This document shows positions 36,981 to 45,924 of a DNA stretch of 64,000 nucleotides, one piece after another. The notes below the pieces were generated by a model that saw only the letters and a program-made list of their open reading frames with translations, had not been told where the DNA came from and did no database searches. Numbering within the stretch: the first letter of the stretch is position 1; each line of letters opens with the position of its first letter. The stretch is from assembly GCA_965649125.1 (NCBI GenBank), contig CBFGJO010000003.1:1459-65458 (forward strand), in the 5' to 3' direction. A program made the position numbers and the translations under genes. The stretch comes from a candidate division WOR-3 bacterium (GTDB taxonomy: Bacteria > Hydrothermota > Hydrothermia > Hydrothermales > Hydrothermaceae).

Positions 36981-38564
36981 GTGTCATTCCCTTTTTTAAG
37001 TATTATAACATTTTCACCCTTTTTAGGGGCAATTATAATGCTCTTTTTAAGGAAAAGGGAACTTATTGTTAAAATAGTGGCGGCAATTTCCTCAGGTATT
37101 TCTCTTTCACTTTCAATCTTTATCCTTTTCCTCTATGATATAAATAAAGGTGGTTTCCAGTTTATAGAATATTTTCCCCTTGTTCCTTCTCTTGGTATAT
37201 CCTATCATTTAGGAGTTGATGGAATATCAATAACTCTTGTCCTTTTAACAGCATTTATAATCTTTACAGGTGTGTTTGCTTCATGGACAATACCTTTCAG
37301 GGTTCAGGAATTTTACATCTTATTATTTGTTCTTGTCACAGGAGTTTTTGGTGTATTCGTTTCATTAGATTTATTTATCTTCTTCCTATTTTATGAACTT
37401 GCAGTTCTTCCAATGTATCTTTTAATAGGTATATGGGGGAAAGGAGCGGATTTAAAACCAAAGATACCACCAAAGGGAATAATTGGATTTATAATGAGGC
37501 CAATTGATACTGCTATGAGAAATGTTTCTCTTGGAACAAAAGAGTATGCAGCAGCAAAACTAACACTATATCTTCTTTTGGGTTCTGCCTTTATACTCGT
37601 TGGTATGCTCGTTGTTTATTTTACCGGTGGTAAAAGTTTCAATTATTTTATCCTCTATGAGGCAACAAAATCAGGTATTTATTCTTTCCCTTTTCAAAAA
37701 ATCCTTTTCTTATGTTTTTATATAGGATTTGGTGTGCTTGCAGGTGTTTTCCCCCTTCATACATGGTCCCCTGATGGACATGCAGCAGCACCAACTGCTG
37801 TCTCAATGTTACATGCAGGTGTTTTAATGAAGCTTGGTGCATATGGAGCACTCAGAATAGGATTTGGTCTTATGCCTGAAGGTGCAAAGTTCTGGGCACC
37901 AGTTGTCGGATTTATCGCATGCATAAATATTGTTTATGGTGCGCTCTCAGCAATGAACCAGATGGATTTAAAATATGTTGTTGCCTATTCTTCTGTCTCC
38001 CATATGGGATTTGTTATGCTTGGTGCAGCAACTCTATCAGAGCCAGGTGTTTCAGGAAGTGTATTTCAGATGTTTTCCCATGGGATAATGACAGGACTTT
38101 TATTTGCTCTTGTTGGTCTTGTTTATGAAAAAGCACATACAAGGGATGCACTTCAAATGGGCGGATTTGGTAAAAAAATGCCAGGAATTGCAACTGCTTT
38201 TGGGATAGGCGGTTTAACATCTCTGGGACTTCCGGGTTTATCAGGATTTGTTGCAGAATTTTTGGTATTCTGGGGGTGTTTAACAATTCCAAAAAATATT
38301 CCTTATTATAAATTTGGATGGGTATGGTTTCCACTTGCAATCACAGGGACATTTATAACAGCAGTTTATGTTTTAAGAATTTTAAAAATTGTGTTTTTTG
38401 GACCCCTTGATGAGAATAAATATAAAGATTTAAAAGATGCGGAAGGACCTGAATGGGTTTCTTTATGGGTCTTATCCCTTGTTTTAATTCTCTTTGGGCT
38501 TTTCCCATTTTTACTTGTAAGATATATTGATATAGGTGTTCTTGAATTTTTAACGAGGTTTTAA
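36981..38564 (+). CDS. nuoM: NADH-quinone oxidoreductase subunit M (antiporter-like)
   Basis: PLHTWSPDGHAAAPTAVSMLHAGVLMKLGAYG and YSSVSHMGFV motifs. About 14 TM segments. Confidence 0.85.
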   Translation: MSFPFLSIITFSPFLGAIIMLFLRKRELIVKIVAAISSGISLSLSIFILFLYDINKGGFQFIEYFPLVPSLGISYHLGVDGISITLVLLTAFIIFTGVFASWTIPFRVQEFYILLFVLVTGVFGVFVSLDLFIFFLFYELAVLPMYLLIGIWGKGADLKPKIPPKGIIGFIMRPIDTAMRNVSLGTKEYAAAKLTLYLLLGSAFILVGMLVVYFTGGKSFNYFILYEATKSGIYSFPFQKILFLCFYIGFGVLAGVFPLHTWSPDGHAAAPTAVSMLHAGVLMKLGAYGALRIGFGLMPEGAKFWAPVVGFIACINIVYGALSAMNQMDLKYVVAYSSVSHMGFVMLGAATLSEPGVSGSVFQMFSHGIMTGLLFALVGLVYEKAHTRDALQMGGFGKKMPGIATAFGIGGLTSLGLPGLSGFVAEFLVFWGCLTIPKNIPYYKFGWVWFPLAITGTFITAVYVLRILKIVFFGPLDENKYKDLKDAEGPEWVSLWVLSLVLILFGLFPFLLVRYIDIGVLEFLTRF

Positions 38565-38565
38565 A

Positions 38566-39972
38566 ATGAAAACATTCATATTTGAAATAACTCTTTCAAT
38601 AGTAGGATTTATAATTTTTTTAATTGATATAATTTTAAAGGACAAAAAAAATAAACCAGTTATCCTCGCTATCCTTACATCTTCTTTCCTTTTTATCTCA
38701 TTAATAATCTCCTCCTTTTTCTCTTCCTTTTCTTCAAAATTTGGCTTTTCCCTTGACAGTTTTTCCTATTATTTAAAAATTTTATTCTTTACTGCGGGAA
38801 TAATAGGATGTATAGGTTCAATCCCTTATTTAAAAGAAAGGATACCCGATAAATCCCTTGAATATCTTTTACTAATTCTATTTTCAATTATTGGAATGTC
38901 ATTCCTTGTTTCCTCAAAGAATATACTTTTATTCTTTATATCCTTTGAATTGCTTTCAATCCCGCTTTATGCATTGACAGGATTTTATAAAAAAGATATA
39001 AGGGCACCGGAAGCCTCTTTAAAATTTCTACTTGTTGGTGTTTTTTCATCCGCAATCCTTTTCTTTAGCCTTTCATTCCTTTATGGAGCAGGAGGCAGCG
39101 GGGATTTTGAAGTTTTAAGGGAAAAATTCAAAGAAACATCTCCGATACTTTATACCGGGATGATAATGTTCCTTGTTGGTATAGGTTTTAAAATAGCAGC
39201 AGTTCCATTTCATACATGGCTACCTGATGCATACGAGGCTGCACCACCTTCTTATGTTGCATTTCTTTCAGTCGCACCAAAAGCAGCGGGTTTTGCTGCC
39301 CTTATAAGATTTTTATTTGAAATATTTCCATCAGAAAACCCGTTAATCCCTGTAATAGCTCTTCTTTCAGGAGTTACAATGATTTTTGGTAACCTTGTTG
39401 CACTTCCCCAGACAAATATAAAAAGACTGCTCGCTTACTCATCAATTGCCCACATCGGTTATATTTTAATAGGGGTTGCATCATTTGACGAAACCGGAAT
39501 AAGTATGGTTCTATTTTATCTATTTATCTATCTATTTTCAAATATGGGGGCATTCCTTGTTGTAGAATCACAGGTAAATTCACTTGTTGATGAAAGAATA
39601 GATGCATTAAAAGGACTTGCACAGAAAAATCCTATTCTTTCTCTTTCAATGCTCATCTTCCTTCTTTCTCTTGGTGGCATACCTTTTGTTGCTGGTTTCT
39701 GGGCAAAACTCTTTGTTTTTCTTGCAGGTGTTAAAAGCTCTTACTGGTTCCTTGTTTTACTTGGTGGAGTATTAACAATCGTTGCTCTTTACTATTATTT
39801 AATGGTTGCAAGAAGAATGTATATAGAAGAGGAATTTAGCAAAAAAATAGAAGTTCCATTGCCTCTTAAAATATCAATTGGTATCTGCACACTTGGAGTA
39901 CTTTTTTTTGGTATCTTACCGCGTATCCTTGTTAATTTTTCTGAGTGGGCAGCAAAGGGAATATTAAGATAA
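38566..39972 (+). CDS. nuoN: NADH-quinone oxidoreductase subunit N (antiporter-like)
   Basis: PFHTWLPDAYEAAPPSYVAFLSVAPKAAGF and LLAYSSIAHIGY. Confidence 0.85.
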   Translation: MKTFIFEITLSIVGFIIFLIDIILKDKKNKPVILAILTSSFLFISLIISSFFSSFSSKFGFSLDSFSYYLKILFFTAGIIGCIGSIPYLKERIPDKSLEYLLLILFSIIGMSFLVSSKNILLFFISFELLSIPLYALTGFYKKDIRAPEASLKFLLVGVFSSAILFFSLSFLYGAGGSGDFEVLREKFKETSPILYTGMIMFLVGIGFKIAAVPFHTWLPDAYEAAPPSYVAFLSVAPKAAGFAALIRFLFEIFPSENPLIPVIALLSGVTMIFGNLVALPQTNIKRLLAYSSIAHIGYILIGVASFDETGISMVLFYLFIYLFSNMGAFLVVESQVNSLVDERIDALKGLAQKNPILSLSMLIFLLSLGGIPFVAGFWAKLFVFLAGVKSSYWFLVLLGGVLTIVALYYYLMVARRMYIEEEFSKKIEVPLPLKISIGICTLGVLFFGILPRILVNFSEWAAKGILR

Positions 39973-40167
39973 CTTTTTCTTCTTTTTATAAATTATTCCA
40001 ATTGGTATAAGCACGCAGTATCCAAGAGTAAGTAATACTGGTGAAATCGTTATATCTCCTATTGCAAGAAATATGTATCCCAAAATAATGAAAATTAAGC
40101 CTATACCCATAATTATGTAATTCTCTTTTTTAAAAGGTGCTTTTATAAATTTTTCTTCCTTTTTCAT
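39964..40167 (-). CDS. small two-TM membrane protein (DUF3098-like)
   Basis: 67 aa. FKKENYIIMGIGLIFIILGYIFLAIG resembles DUF3098. Its stop overlaps the nuoN stop convergently. Confidence 0.4.
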   Translation of the reverse strand: MKKEEKFIKAPFKKENYIIMGIGLIFIILGYIFLAIGDITISPVLLTLGYCVLIPIGIIYKKKKKLS

Positions 40168-41813
40168 CTATATACCTCCTTAAATTCATTTTTTTCATAA
40201 TTATAAATTCTTATAATTTCTTCATTCCATGAATAAAAATCATTCAAACCGTTTAAAAAACCTTTTACATTTAAAAAATCTCTAATTCTGTAAAAATCTT
40301 TAATTCCATAAGAAACTATTTCTTTCAAAAGAAGACCTGTTTCATATCCTCTAATCGCAACAATTCCTGGTAAACTGCTATAATTTTTTATATACTTTTC
40401 CTTAAATTCCTCATACATCAAATTTGTTAATGGAAATAAATATGAACCTGAAACATAAACATTTTCTAATGCTTCACCCGCAACCAGAATAGATTTTTCT
40501 CTTAAAAGGTAATGGGTTGAAAATATCGGGCAGTTAACCTTTAAAAATTTTATCTGGGTTATAATTCCAATTGCATCTTTTTCTTCTGAAGGAAGTATAA
40601 GGATTGCATCAGGTGAAAATCCTTTTATTTTTTTTATTTCTTTTTGATAGTCTGTTGAATCCGGTGAATATGGAAGGGTAAAAATTTCAATCTCTTTATT
40701 TTCTTTAAAAATCTGAATAAAAAGATCCTTTGCAATCTCACTTTCATTTATATCCGCATAAAGAATACCTATTTTTTTATATCCTTTAAGGAGCATAAAA
40801 TCTGAAATCTTTTTAACCTCGTAATAAATTCCTTCATTAAAAGCAAATATATTTTCTCCAATTGCTCCAAGCCTTATATCACTTGCAGTTGGTGAAATAA
40901 CAACTATTCTCTCCTTTGAAAGAAATGGGAAGATAACTGTTGCACATCTTGTTAAAAGTGGTCCTACAATTATATAAGGTTTTTTTTCAAGAAAAAAAGA
41001 CATGCTATTGTATAGATAAGAAGGGTCTGACCTTGTATCAAATATTTCAATCAAACTATTTTCCTCAAAAGAAAGATTAAATCCATTTAAAAATTCCTTG
41101 CCGTATTCTTCAAATTCTCCTGTTAAAGGAATCAAAAGAAGTATTTTAAAGATATATTCCTTCTCAATTTCCTTTTGTTCTTTTTTTAGAATTTTTTCCG
41201 CCTCCTTAAAATATTTTCCACCTATTTCTTTAAGTTCATTATAGATTGAATCCCTCTCAATTATTCTATTTTCTCTTAAAGCATAGAGGAATGCATAATA
41301 AAGACTCTCGGAATAAAGAGGTGTCTCCTCTGTTTCTTTCAAAATGATTTTTATATCATTAAAATTAAGTTTTTTAATAAGGTTTTTAAATTTTTTCTCT
41401 GAATCCTTTTTTATTTTAATATCATTTGTTTTTTTATAAGCATTTAAAAAATTTTGAGCAGCCCTTATATAAAAATTTTCTTTTTCATAAGAAATAGCAA
41501 GAAAATAAAAAACTTTATCAATAAGTTCTGAAGATGGAAAATCAATTAAGAACTTATTTCCTTCTTTTATTGCATCTTCATACCTTTTTAAAAGATAATA
41601 AGTATAAAAAATGTAAAAAGATGAAAGTTCTTCATTCTCTTCTTTTGCCTTATTAAAAATTAAAATTGCTTCTTCATATTTTTTATCCCTTAACTTTTCA
41701 ATCCCCTTTTTTAAATAACCTTCTTTAATTTCCTTTTTAATTTCAATCTCTTTTTTATAAAAAACAAAACAGGATGTGCAAAGAAGAAGGGAAAGATTTA
41801 AAAATCTTATCAT
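40164..41813 (-). CDS. TPR + type-1 periplasmic-binding-fold protein (LpoA-like architecture), probable lipoprotein
   Basis: N-terminal LLLCTSC lipobox-like signal. About 190 aa of TPR-like repeats. These are followed by a LivK/ANF-receptor-like fold (IIVGPLLTRCA, KKIGILYAD, PDAILILPS). Confidence 0.55.
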   Translation of the reverse strand: MIRFLNLSLLLCTSCFVFYKKEIEIKKEIKEGYLKKGIEKLRDKKYEEAILIFNKAKEENEELSSFYIFYTYYLLKRYEDAIKEGNKFLIDFPSSELIDKVFYFLAISYEKENFYIRAAQNFLNAYKKTNDIKIKKDSEKKFKNLIKKLNFNDIKIILKETEETPLYSESLYYAFLYALRENRIIERDSIYNELKEIGGKYFKEAEKILKKEQKEIEKEYIFKILLLIPLTGEFEEYGKEFLNGFNLSFEENSLIEIFDTRSDPSYLYNSMSFFLEKKPYIIVGPLLTRCATVIFPFLSKERIVVISPTASDIRLGAIGENIFAFNEGIYYEVKKISDFMLLKGYKKIGILYADINESEIAKDLFIQIFKENKEIEIFTLPYSPDSTDYQKEIKKIKGFSPDAILILPSEEKDAIGIITQIKFLKVNCPIFSTHYLLREKSILVAGEALENVYVSGSYLFPLTNLMYEEFKEKYIKNYSSLPGIVAIRGYETGLLLKEIVSYGIKDFYRIRDFLNVKGFLNGLNDFYSWNEEIIRIYNYEKNEFKEVYR

Positions 41814-42346
41814 TCTTTTTCTTTTTTAACAGCCTTCATCTCTTTCATACATTCCTTTGCATATTCAAAATAATTAATTGCATGTTTTTTTATTTCCTCA
41901 ATTTCTTCCTTTTTTATTTTTCTTTTTATCTCTCCGGGCACTCCTGCAACAAGGCTGTTTTTTGGAATTTTAGAACCTTCTTTTATAATTGTGCCTGCTG
42001 CTATTACCACATTATCACCTATTTCAGCACCATCAAGGATTATACTCCCCATACCTATTAAACAATTATTTCCAATCTTGCATCCATGAATTATTGCATT
42101 ATGACCTATTGTAACATAATCACCAATTATAACAGGGAATTTATCCTTTGTAACATGAATCACTACATTATCCTGAACATTTGTATATTTACCTATTTTT
42201 ACATAATGGATATCTCCTCTGATAGTTGCACCAAACCAGATGGAAGAATAGTCTCCAATTTCCACATCCCCTATTATTATTGCAACTGGTGCAATAAAAA
42301 CTTCTTTCCCATATTTTGGTAATTTATTTTTATAAGAGAAAAACAT
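41810..42346 (-). CDS. gamma-class carbonic anhydrase family (hexapeptide repeat) protein
   Basis: FIAPVAIIIGDVEIGDYSSIWFGATIRGD..IGKYTNVQDNVVIH and repeated [LIV]G hexapeptides. Confidence 0.85.
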   Translation of the reverse strand: MFFSYKNKLPKYGKEVFIAPVAIIIGDVEIGDYSSIWFGATIRGDIHYVKIGKYTNVQDNVVIHVTKDKFPVIIGDYVTIGHNAIIHGCKIGNNCLIGMGSIILDGAEIGDNVVIAAGTIIKEGSKIPKNSLVAGVPGEIKRKIKKEEIEEIKKHAINYFEYAKECMKEMKAVKKEKE

Positions 42347-42360
42347 TTCTTAAATAAAAA

Positions 42361-42432
42361 GCGGGAGACGGGATTTGAACCCGCGACCCCCAGCTTGGGA
42401 AGCTGGCGCTCTTCCACCTGAGCTACTCCCGC
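42361..42432 (-). tRNA. tRNA-Gly (anticodon CCC)
   Basis: The minus strand GCGGGAGTAGCTCAGGTGGAAGAGCGCCAGCTTCCCAAGCTGGGGGTCGCGGGTTCAAATCCCGTCTCCCGC folds as a cloverleaf. The acceptor stem is 7 bp, the D stem GCTC/GAGC and the anticodon stem CCAGC/GCTGG with loop TTCCCAA. The T arm is GCGGG-TTCAAAT-CCCGT. No CCA is encoded. Confidence 0.9.
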
Positions 42433-42433
42433 A

Positions 42434-42820
42434 TTAAGATAATTTATTATAAGGATTTTTTAAAAGATTTTTCAATTTCTTTTTAATTAACTTATCTTTA
42501 TCAAAAATTATAATATCCATATTCTTGTTAAATTCTGCCATAACCTGCAAGCATGCACCGCAAGGATAGCATGGATTTTTATCCGCATATATATAAATTT
42601 TTTTCAAATCCTTATAACCCTCTGAAATTGCTTTGAATATCGCAACCCTTTCAGCACAAACTGTAAGCCCATAAGAAGCGTTTTCAATATTAACACCTTT
42701 AAAGATCTTCCCTTCTTTTGTAATAACTATTGACCCAACCCTAAACTTTGAATATGGAGAATATGAATTCTTTAATAATTCTTTTAATGTTTCCAGAATT
42801 TCTTTATAATCTTCTCTCAT
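42434..42820 (-). CDS. cdd: cytidine deaminase
   Basis: CAERVAIFKAI (H/C-A-E) and CYPCGACLQVM zinc motifs. 128 aa. Confidence 0.9.
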   Translation of the reverse strand: MREDYKEILETLKELLKNSYSPYSKFRVGSIVITKEGKIFKGVNIENASYGLTVCAERVAIFKAISEGYKDLKKIYIYADKNPCYPCGACLQVMAEFNKNMDIIIFDKDKLIKKKLKNLLKNPYNKLS

Positions 42821-42841
42821 ATTATAATTATAAACTTAAAA

Positions 42842-43528
42842 ATGAAAGAAATGCCATTTACAGAGCATCTTGAAGAATTGAGGAAAAGGATAATAAGGAG
42901 TTTGCTTTATTTAACTTTTGGAACAATACTTGGTTTTTTTATCTCCCCTTATATTTTAAATTATATTAAAAAACCAGTTAAAAAAATATATTTTTTTTCT
43001 CCGCCTGAAGCATTCCTTGTAAAATTAAAAATTTCAATCCTTGTATCATTTTTTCTTGTTTTCCCTTTAATACTTTTTGAGGCATGGAGATTTATTGAAC
43101 CAGGTCTTTATAAAGAAGAAAAAGAAAAAGTTTTACCCTATGTAATTTCTGGTGTTATTTTATTTTATTCAGGGACATTATTTTGTGCCTTTTTAGCATA
43201 CCCAATTGGTATAAAATTTTTAATTTCCTTTGGAAACAGTATAATTGAGCCACTAATTGGAATAGACAATTTATTCAAAATATTTTTTTATTTAATCCTT
43301 TCCTTCTCAATTCTATTTGAATTACCAATATTTGTATTAATCCTCACAAAAATTGGGATAATCTCCCCAAAAATGCTTCAAAAAAGGAGAAGGGAAATAA
43401 TTGTTGGAATATTTATAATAACTGCTATAATAACGCCATCTGTTGATGCAATAACACTTCTTTTAATATCAATTCCCCTTTATTTACTTTTTGAAATATC
43501 AATAATCATAGCAAAGAGAATAAAATGA
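42842..43528 (+). CDS. tatC: twin-arginine translocase subunit TatC
   Basis: MPFTEHLEELRKRIIRS start and six TM segments with a PGLYKEEK loop. Confidence 0.85.
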   Translation: MKEMPFTEHLEELRKRIIRSLLYLTFGTILGFFISPYILNYIKKPVKKIYFFSPPEAFLVKLKISILVSFFLVFPLILFEAWRFIEPGLYKEEKEKVLPYVISGVILFYSGTLFCAFLAYPIGIKFLISFGNSIIEPLIGIDNLFKIFFYLILSFSILFELPIFVLILTKIGIISPKMLQKRRREIIVGIFIITAIITPSVDAITLLLISIPLYLLFEISIIIAKRIK

Positions 43529-44301
43529 AGATAAAAATGGAAATAGAGTATGATGGTAACGATTTTTATGGATGGCAAATCCAGAAGGATTTTATAACGG
43601 TTCAGGGTGAGATTGAAAATGCTTTAAAAAAAATATTTCTGGTAAATATAAGGATAAAAGGGGCTTCAAGACTTGACAGGGGTGTCCATGCAATTTCACA
43701 GGTTGCCCATTTTGAGATTTCAAAAAGATTTTTTAACAGATTCTTTAAAAATTTAGAGGATTTTAGAAAAAGTTTAAATTCAATATTGCCAGATTCAATA
43801 TATATTAAAAATGTGGAAATTGCAAAAAATGATTTTCATGCAAGATTTTCAGCAAAAGGAAAAATATATATTTATAAAATATTTTTAGGGAAATCACCTT
43901 TAAAAAGAAAATATCTCTGGGAAATTGATTATAAAATAAAAATAAGGAGTTTATACAAAATGGCAGAGTTTATAAAAGGGAAAAGGGATATGAGAAAATG
44001 GGCACCTTCACATAAAGGAGAAGGAACCTGTAATATATTTGATGCGGGATGGAAAAGAAAGGGGAATGTATTAATCTTTTATATTGCTGGTGATAGGTTT
44101 TTAAATAAATTGATAAGGTCTTTGGTTGGAAATATGATCTTTCTTGCAAAAGAAGGGAATTATTTAAAATTTAAAGAATATATTGAAAAAGGACCTGAAA
44201 AAATAATAATTGCGCCACCACAGGGTCTTTATCTTTTTAAAGTTATTTATAAAAAAAGATTGCTCAAACAGGAAATAGAAGAGTTTGTCAAAAATGTATA
44301 A
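43525..44301 (+). CDS. truA: tRNA pseudouridine(38-40) synthase
   Basis: IEYDGNDFYGWQIQ and GASRLDRGVHA (catalytic Asp). Confidence 0.85.
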   Translation: MKIKMEIEYDGNDFYGWQIQKDFITVQGEIENALKKIFLVNIRIKGASRLDRGVHAISQVAHFEISKRFFNRFFKNLEDFRKSLNSILPDSIYIKNVEIAKNDFHARFSAKGKIYIYKIFLGKSPLKRKYLWEIDYKIKIRSLYKMAEFIKGKRDMRKWAPSHKGEGTCNIFDAGWKRKGNVLIFYIAGDRFLNKLIRSLVGNMIFLAKEGNYLKFKEYIEKGPEKIIIAPPQGLYLFKVIYKKRLLKQEIEEFVKNV

Positions 44302-44315
44302 AATTATACATGCAC

Positions 44316-44343
44316 TTGACAAAATTTTTTTTTTCAGTATAAT
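44316..44343 (+). promoter_or_regulatory. consensus sigma70 promoter
   Basis: TTGACA (44316-44321), 16-nt T-rich spacer, TATAAT (44338-44343). Confidence 0.55.
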
Positions 44344-44374
44344 TATATATCTTTAACCCATTAAAAGGAGGTGA

Positions 44375-44440
44375 ATGACTTTGAGTACAATAAAAAGGTG
44401 GGTAAATCAAGGATTTGGAAATTTTATCGGAAAATTTTAA
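44375..44440 (+). CDS. candidate 21-codon small ORF (MTLSTIKRWVNQGFGNFIGKF)
   Basis: ATG preceded by AAAGGAGGTGA, but the spacer is only 3 nt. Lies between the promoter and the first paralog gene. No other support. Confidence 0.25.
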   Translation: MTLSTIKRWVNQGFGNFIGKF

Positions 44441-44455
44441 AAAGGAGGAGGTATT

Positions 44456-45034
44456 ATGATTTTTTTTTATTTAATTTGTTTGTATAAGGTTGAATTTCAC
44501 TATCAAATGAAAGAAGCAAAAACAAATCCTTACATACCTTCTTATACTTTTAAGATGCTTTATTTCCCTTCAAATAGAACCTATGGATTTGGGGGAATGT
44601 ACGAAATCTGGAGTGAAGGACTATATGTTATAGGTTCGGGTTATAATGAAAAACATCTTTATGCAAAATGGGATTACAGAAATTTAATTTTATGTATCCA
44701 CAAATCTTCTTATTTTTTAAAAGATAGATTCCGAATACAGGGAGAAATTGGTCTTGGAGAATGGAAATATAAATTTTATCAATTTAAAGATCCTTCTTCG
44801 TATGAGGGTATAACTCCTGAAAAATTCATTTATATGGAGGGAATATCATATATATCCTCAATTTCTTTTGCTATTGGAGTTCAAGTTCCTTGTCTTAGAG
44901 TTTCACTTTACCTTTCTGCTTCTAATATTACACCACTTTTTTCTGTTTCTGGTTTTTACCCACCTGGGTTTTCATGGAATCAGTATATTCAGGTAGGCGT
45001 AGGTATTGCAACATGGTGGAATATAAAGAAATAG
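44456..45034 (+). CDS. hypothetical aromatic-rich small protein, paralog 1
   Basis: 192-aa ORF with strong SD AAAGGAGGAGG. Tyr/Trp/Gly-rich alternating pattern suggests a beta-rich fold. No family recognised. Confidence 0.5.
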   Translation: MIFFYLICLYKVEFHYQMKEAKTNPYIPSYTFKMLYFPSNRTYGFGGMYEIWSEGLYVIGSGYNEKHLYAKWDYRNLILCIHKSSYFLKDRFRIQGEIGLGEWKYKFYQFKDPSSYEGITPEKFIYMEGISYISSISFAIGVQVPCLRVSLYLSASNITPLFSVSGFYPPGFSWNQYIQVGVGIATWWNIKK

Positions 45035-45079
45035 TTTTTGCTTTCAAACCTTAAGTTAAAGTGCAATAAGGAGGAAAAG

Positions 45080-45592
45080 ATGATAGGATTTTTTTTATTT
45101 TCATTAAGTATAAATTTTTTCCGGGGATTTAAATGGTATGAATATGAAAAACCTCCTTATTATTTTGGGACGATAGAGCATAATAGATATGATATAGAAA
45201 TAGTTTTGCCAAATTTTTCAGTTCAGAGTGGAATTGAAAATATGAAAATTGATGCAAGCGAGCTTGGTTTTCTCCCTTGTGTGTCATCTCTTTACCAAAG
45301 CATTATAAGCATTGGAATAAAAAAAGGGTTAAAATACAAATGGAGTCAATTTGAATTAGGGGCGAATACAGGATATTTTGGCTATTCATACAGGTTTTAT
45401 CCTGGTATTGAACATCTTATTTCCTTTCTTTTTATTCCTTCTTTTCACATTAAAATCGAAATTCCTAAGACAAATCTTTTATTAGCACTTTTCACCTTTT
45501 ATTCCCAACCTTTTATTTACTTCAAGCATAACCCACCTTTAACTACTCCTTTTGCGCTATTTTTTGAAATAGGATTTAAAGTTAAAGAATAA
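45080..45592 (+). CDS. hypothetical aromatic-rich small protein, paralog 2
   Basis: ATG after AAGGAGGAAAAG (the ORF-track TTG at 45038 is probably too early). Size, composition and hydrophobic N-terminus are similar to the preceding gene. Confidence 0.5.
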   Translation: MIGFFLFSLSINFFRGFKWYEYEKPPYYFGTIEHNRYDIEIVLPNFSVQSGIENMKIDASELGFLPCVSSLYQSIISIGIKKGLKYKWSQFELGANTGYFGYSYRFYPGIEHLISFLFIPSFHIKIEIPKTNLLLALFTFYSQPFIYFKHNPPLTTPFALFFEIGFKVKE

Positions 45593-45741
45593 AAAAACAA
45601 AATTTAAGATGTTAAACAAATTGAAAATGATACTTATAGGGTGTTTGGGGACACTTCTTTATTATCTCCATTTGATAGGGCTAGTGAATTTATTTCATCT
45701 TTTTCTTTTTTAAAAATTTTCACGATAAAAAATATAAATTT

Positions 45742-45891
45742 TATTCCCTCTATTGGGTTTGGTTGTTTACATATAGTGGTCCTCTTTATCCTGGTTTAAA
45801 ACACCCGGGCTCGGCTACAAGTTTTATCGGCGTAGGAGATGTTTGTTTAAGAAAAAAGATCAAAAATACAAATATTTCCTTGTGTTTCTGA
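45742..45891 (+). pseudogene. possible decayed third paralog (C-terminal fragment)
   Basis: Reads YSLYWVWLFTYSGPLYPGLKHPGSATSFIGVGDVCLRKKIK, which resembles the paralog 1 C-terminus FSVSGFYPPGFSWNQYIQVGVGIATWWNIKK. A separate 35-codon signal-like ORF (MLNKLKMILIGCLGTLLYY..) begins at 45619 in another frame. Confidence 0.3.
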
Positions 45892-45924
45892 ACGGAACCT
45901 AACCTGAAGAGTTCCGTTTTCTGA
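45890..45924 (+). terminator. hairpin with short T-run, possible intrinsic terminator
   Basis: AACGGAAC (45891-45898) pairs with GTTCCGTT (45911-45918) around a 12-nt loop, followed by TTCTG. The T tract is weak. Confidence 0.3.

Noticed and set aside
42361-42432. The tRNA-Gly as an attachment site marking a genomic island.
   Set aside because: There is no integrase, no direct repeat of the tRNA 3' end and no obvious foreign genes on either side. The flanking genes are housekeeping genes packed within 1-14 nt.
44371-44487. An alternative 38-codon ORF from GTG 44371 (VNDFEYNKKVGKSRIWKFYRKILKRRRYYDFF...).
   Set aside because: The GTG directly abuts the SD with no spacer, and the frame runs through the SD and start of the next gene. 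The ATG 44375 frame is slightly better, and even that is low confidence.
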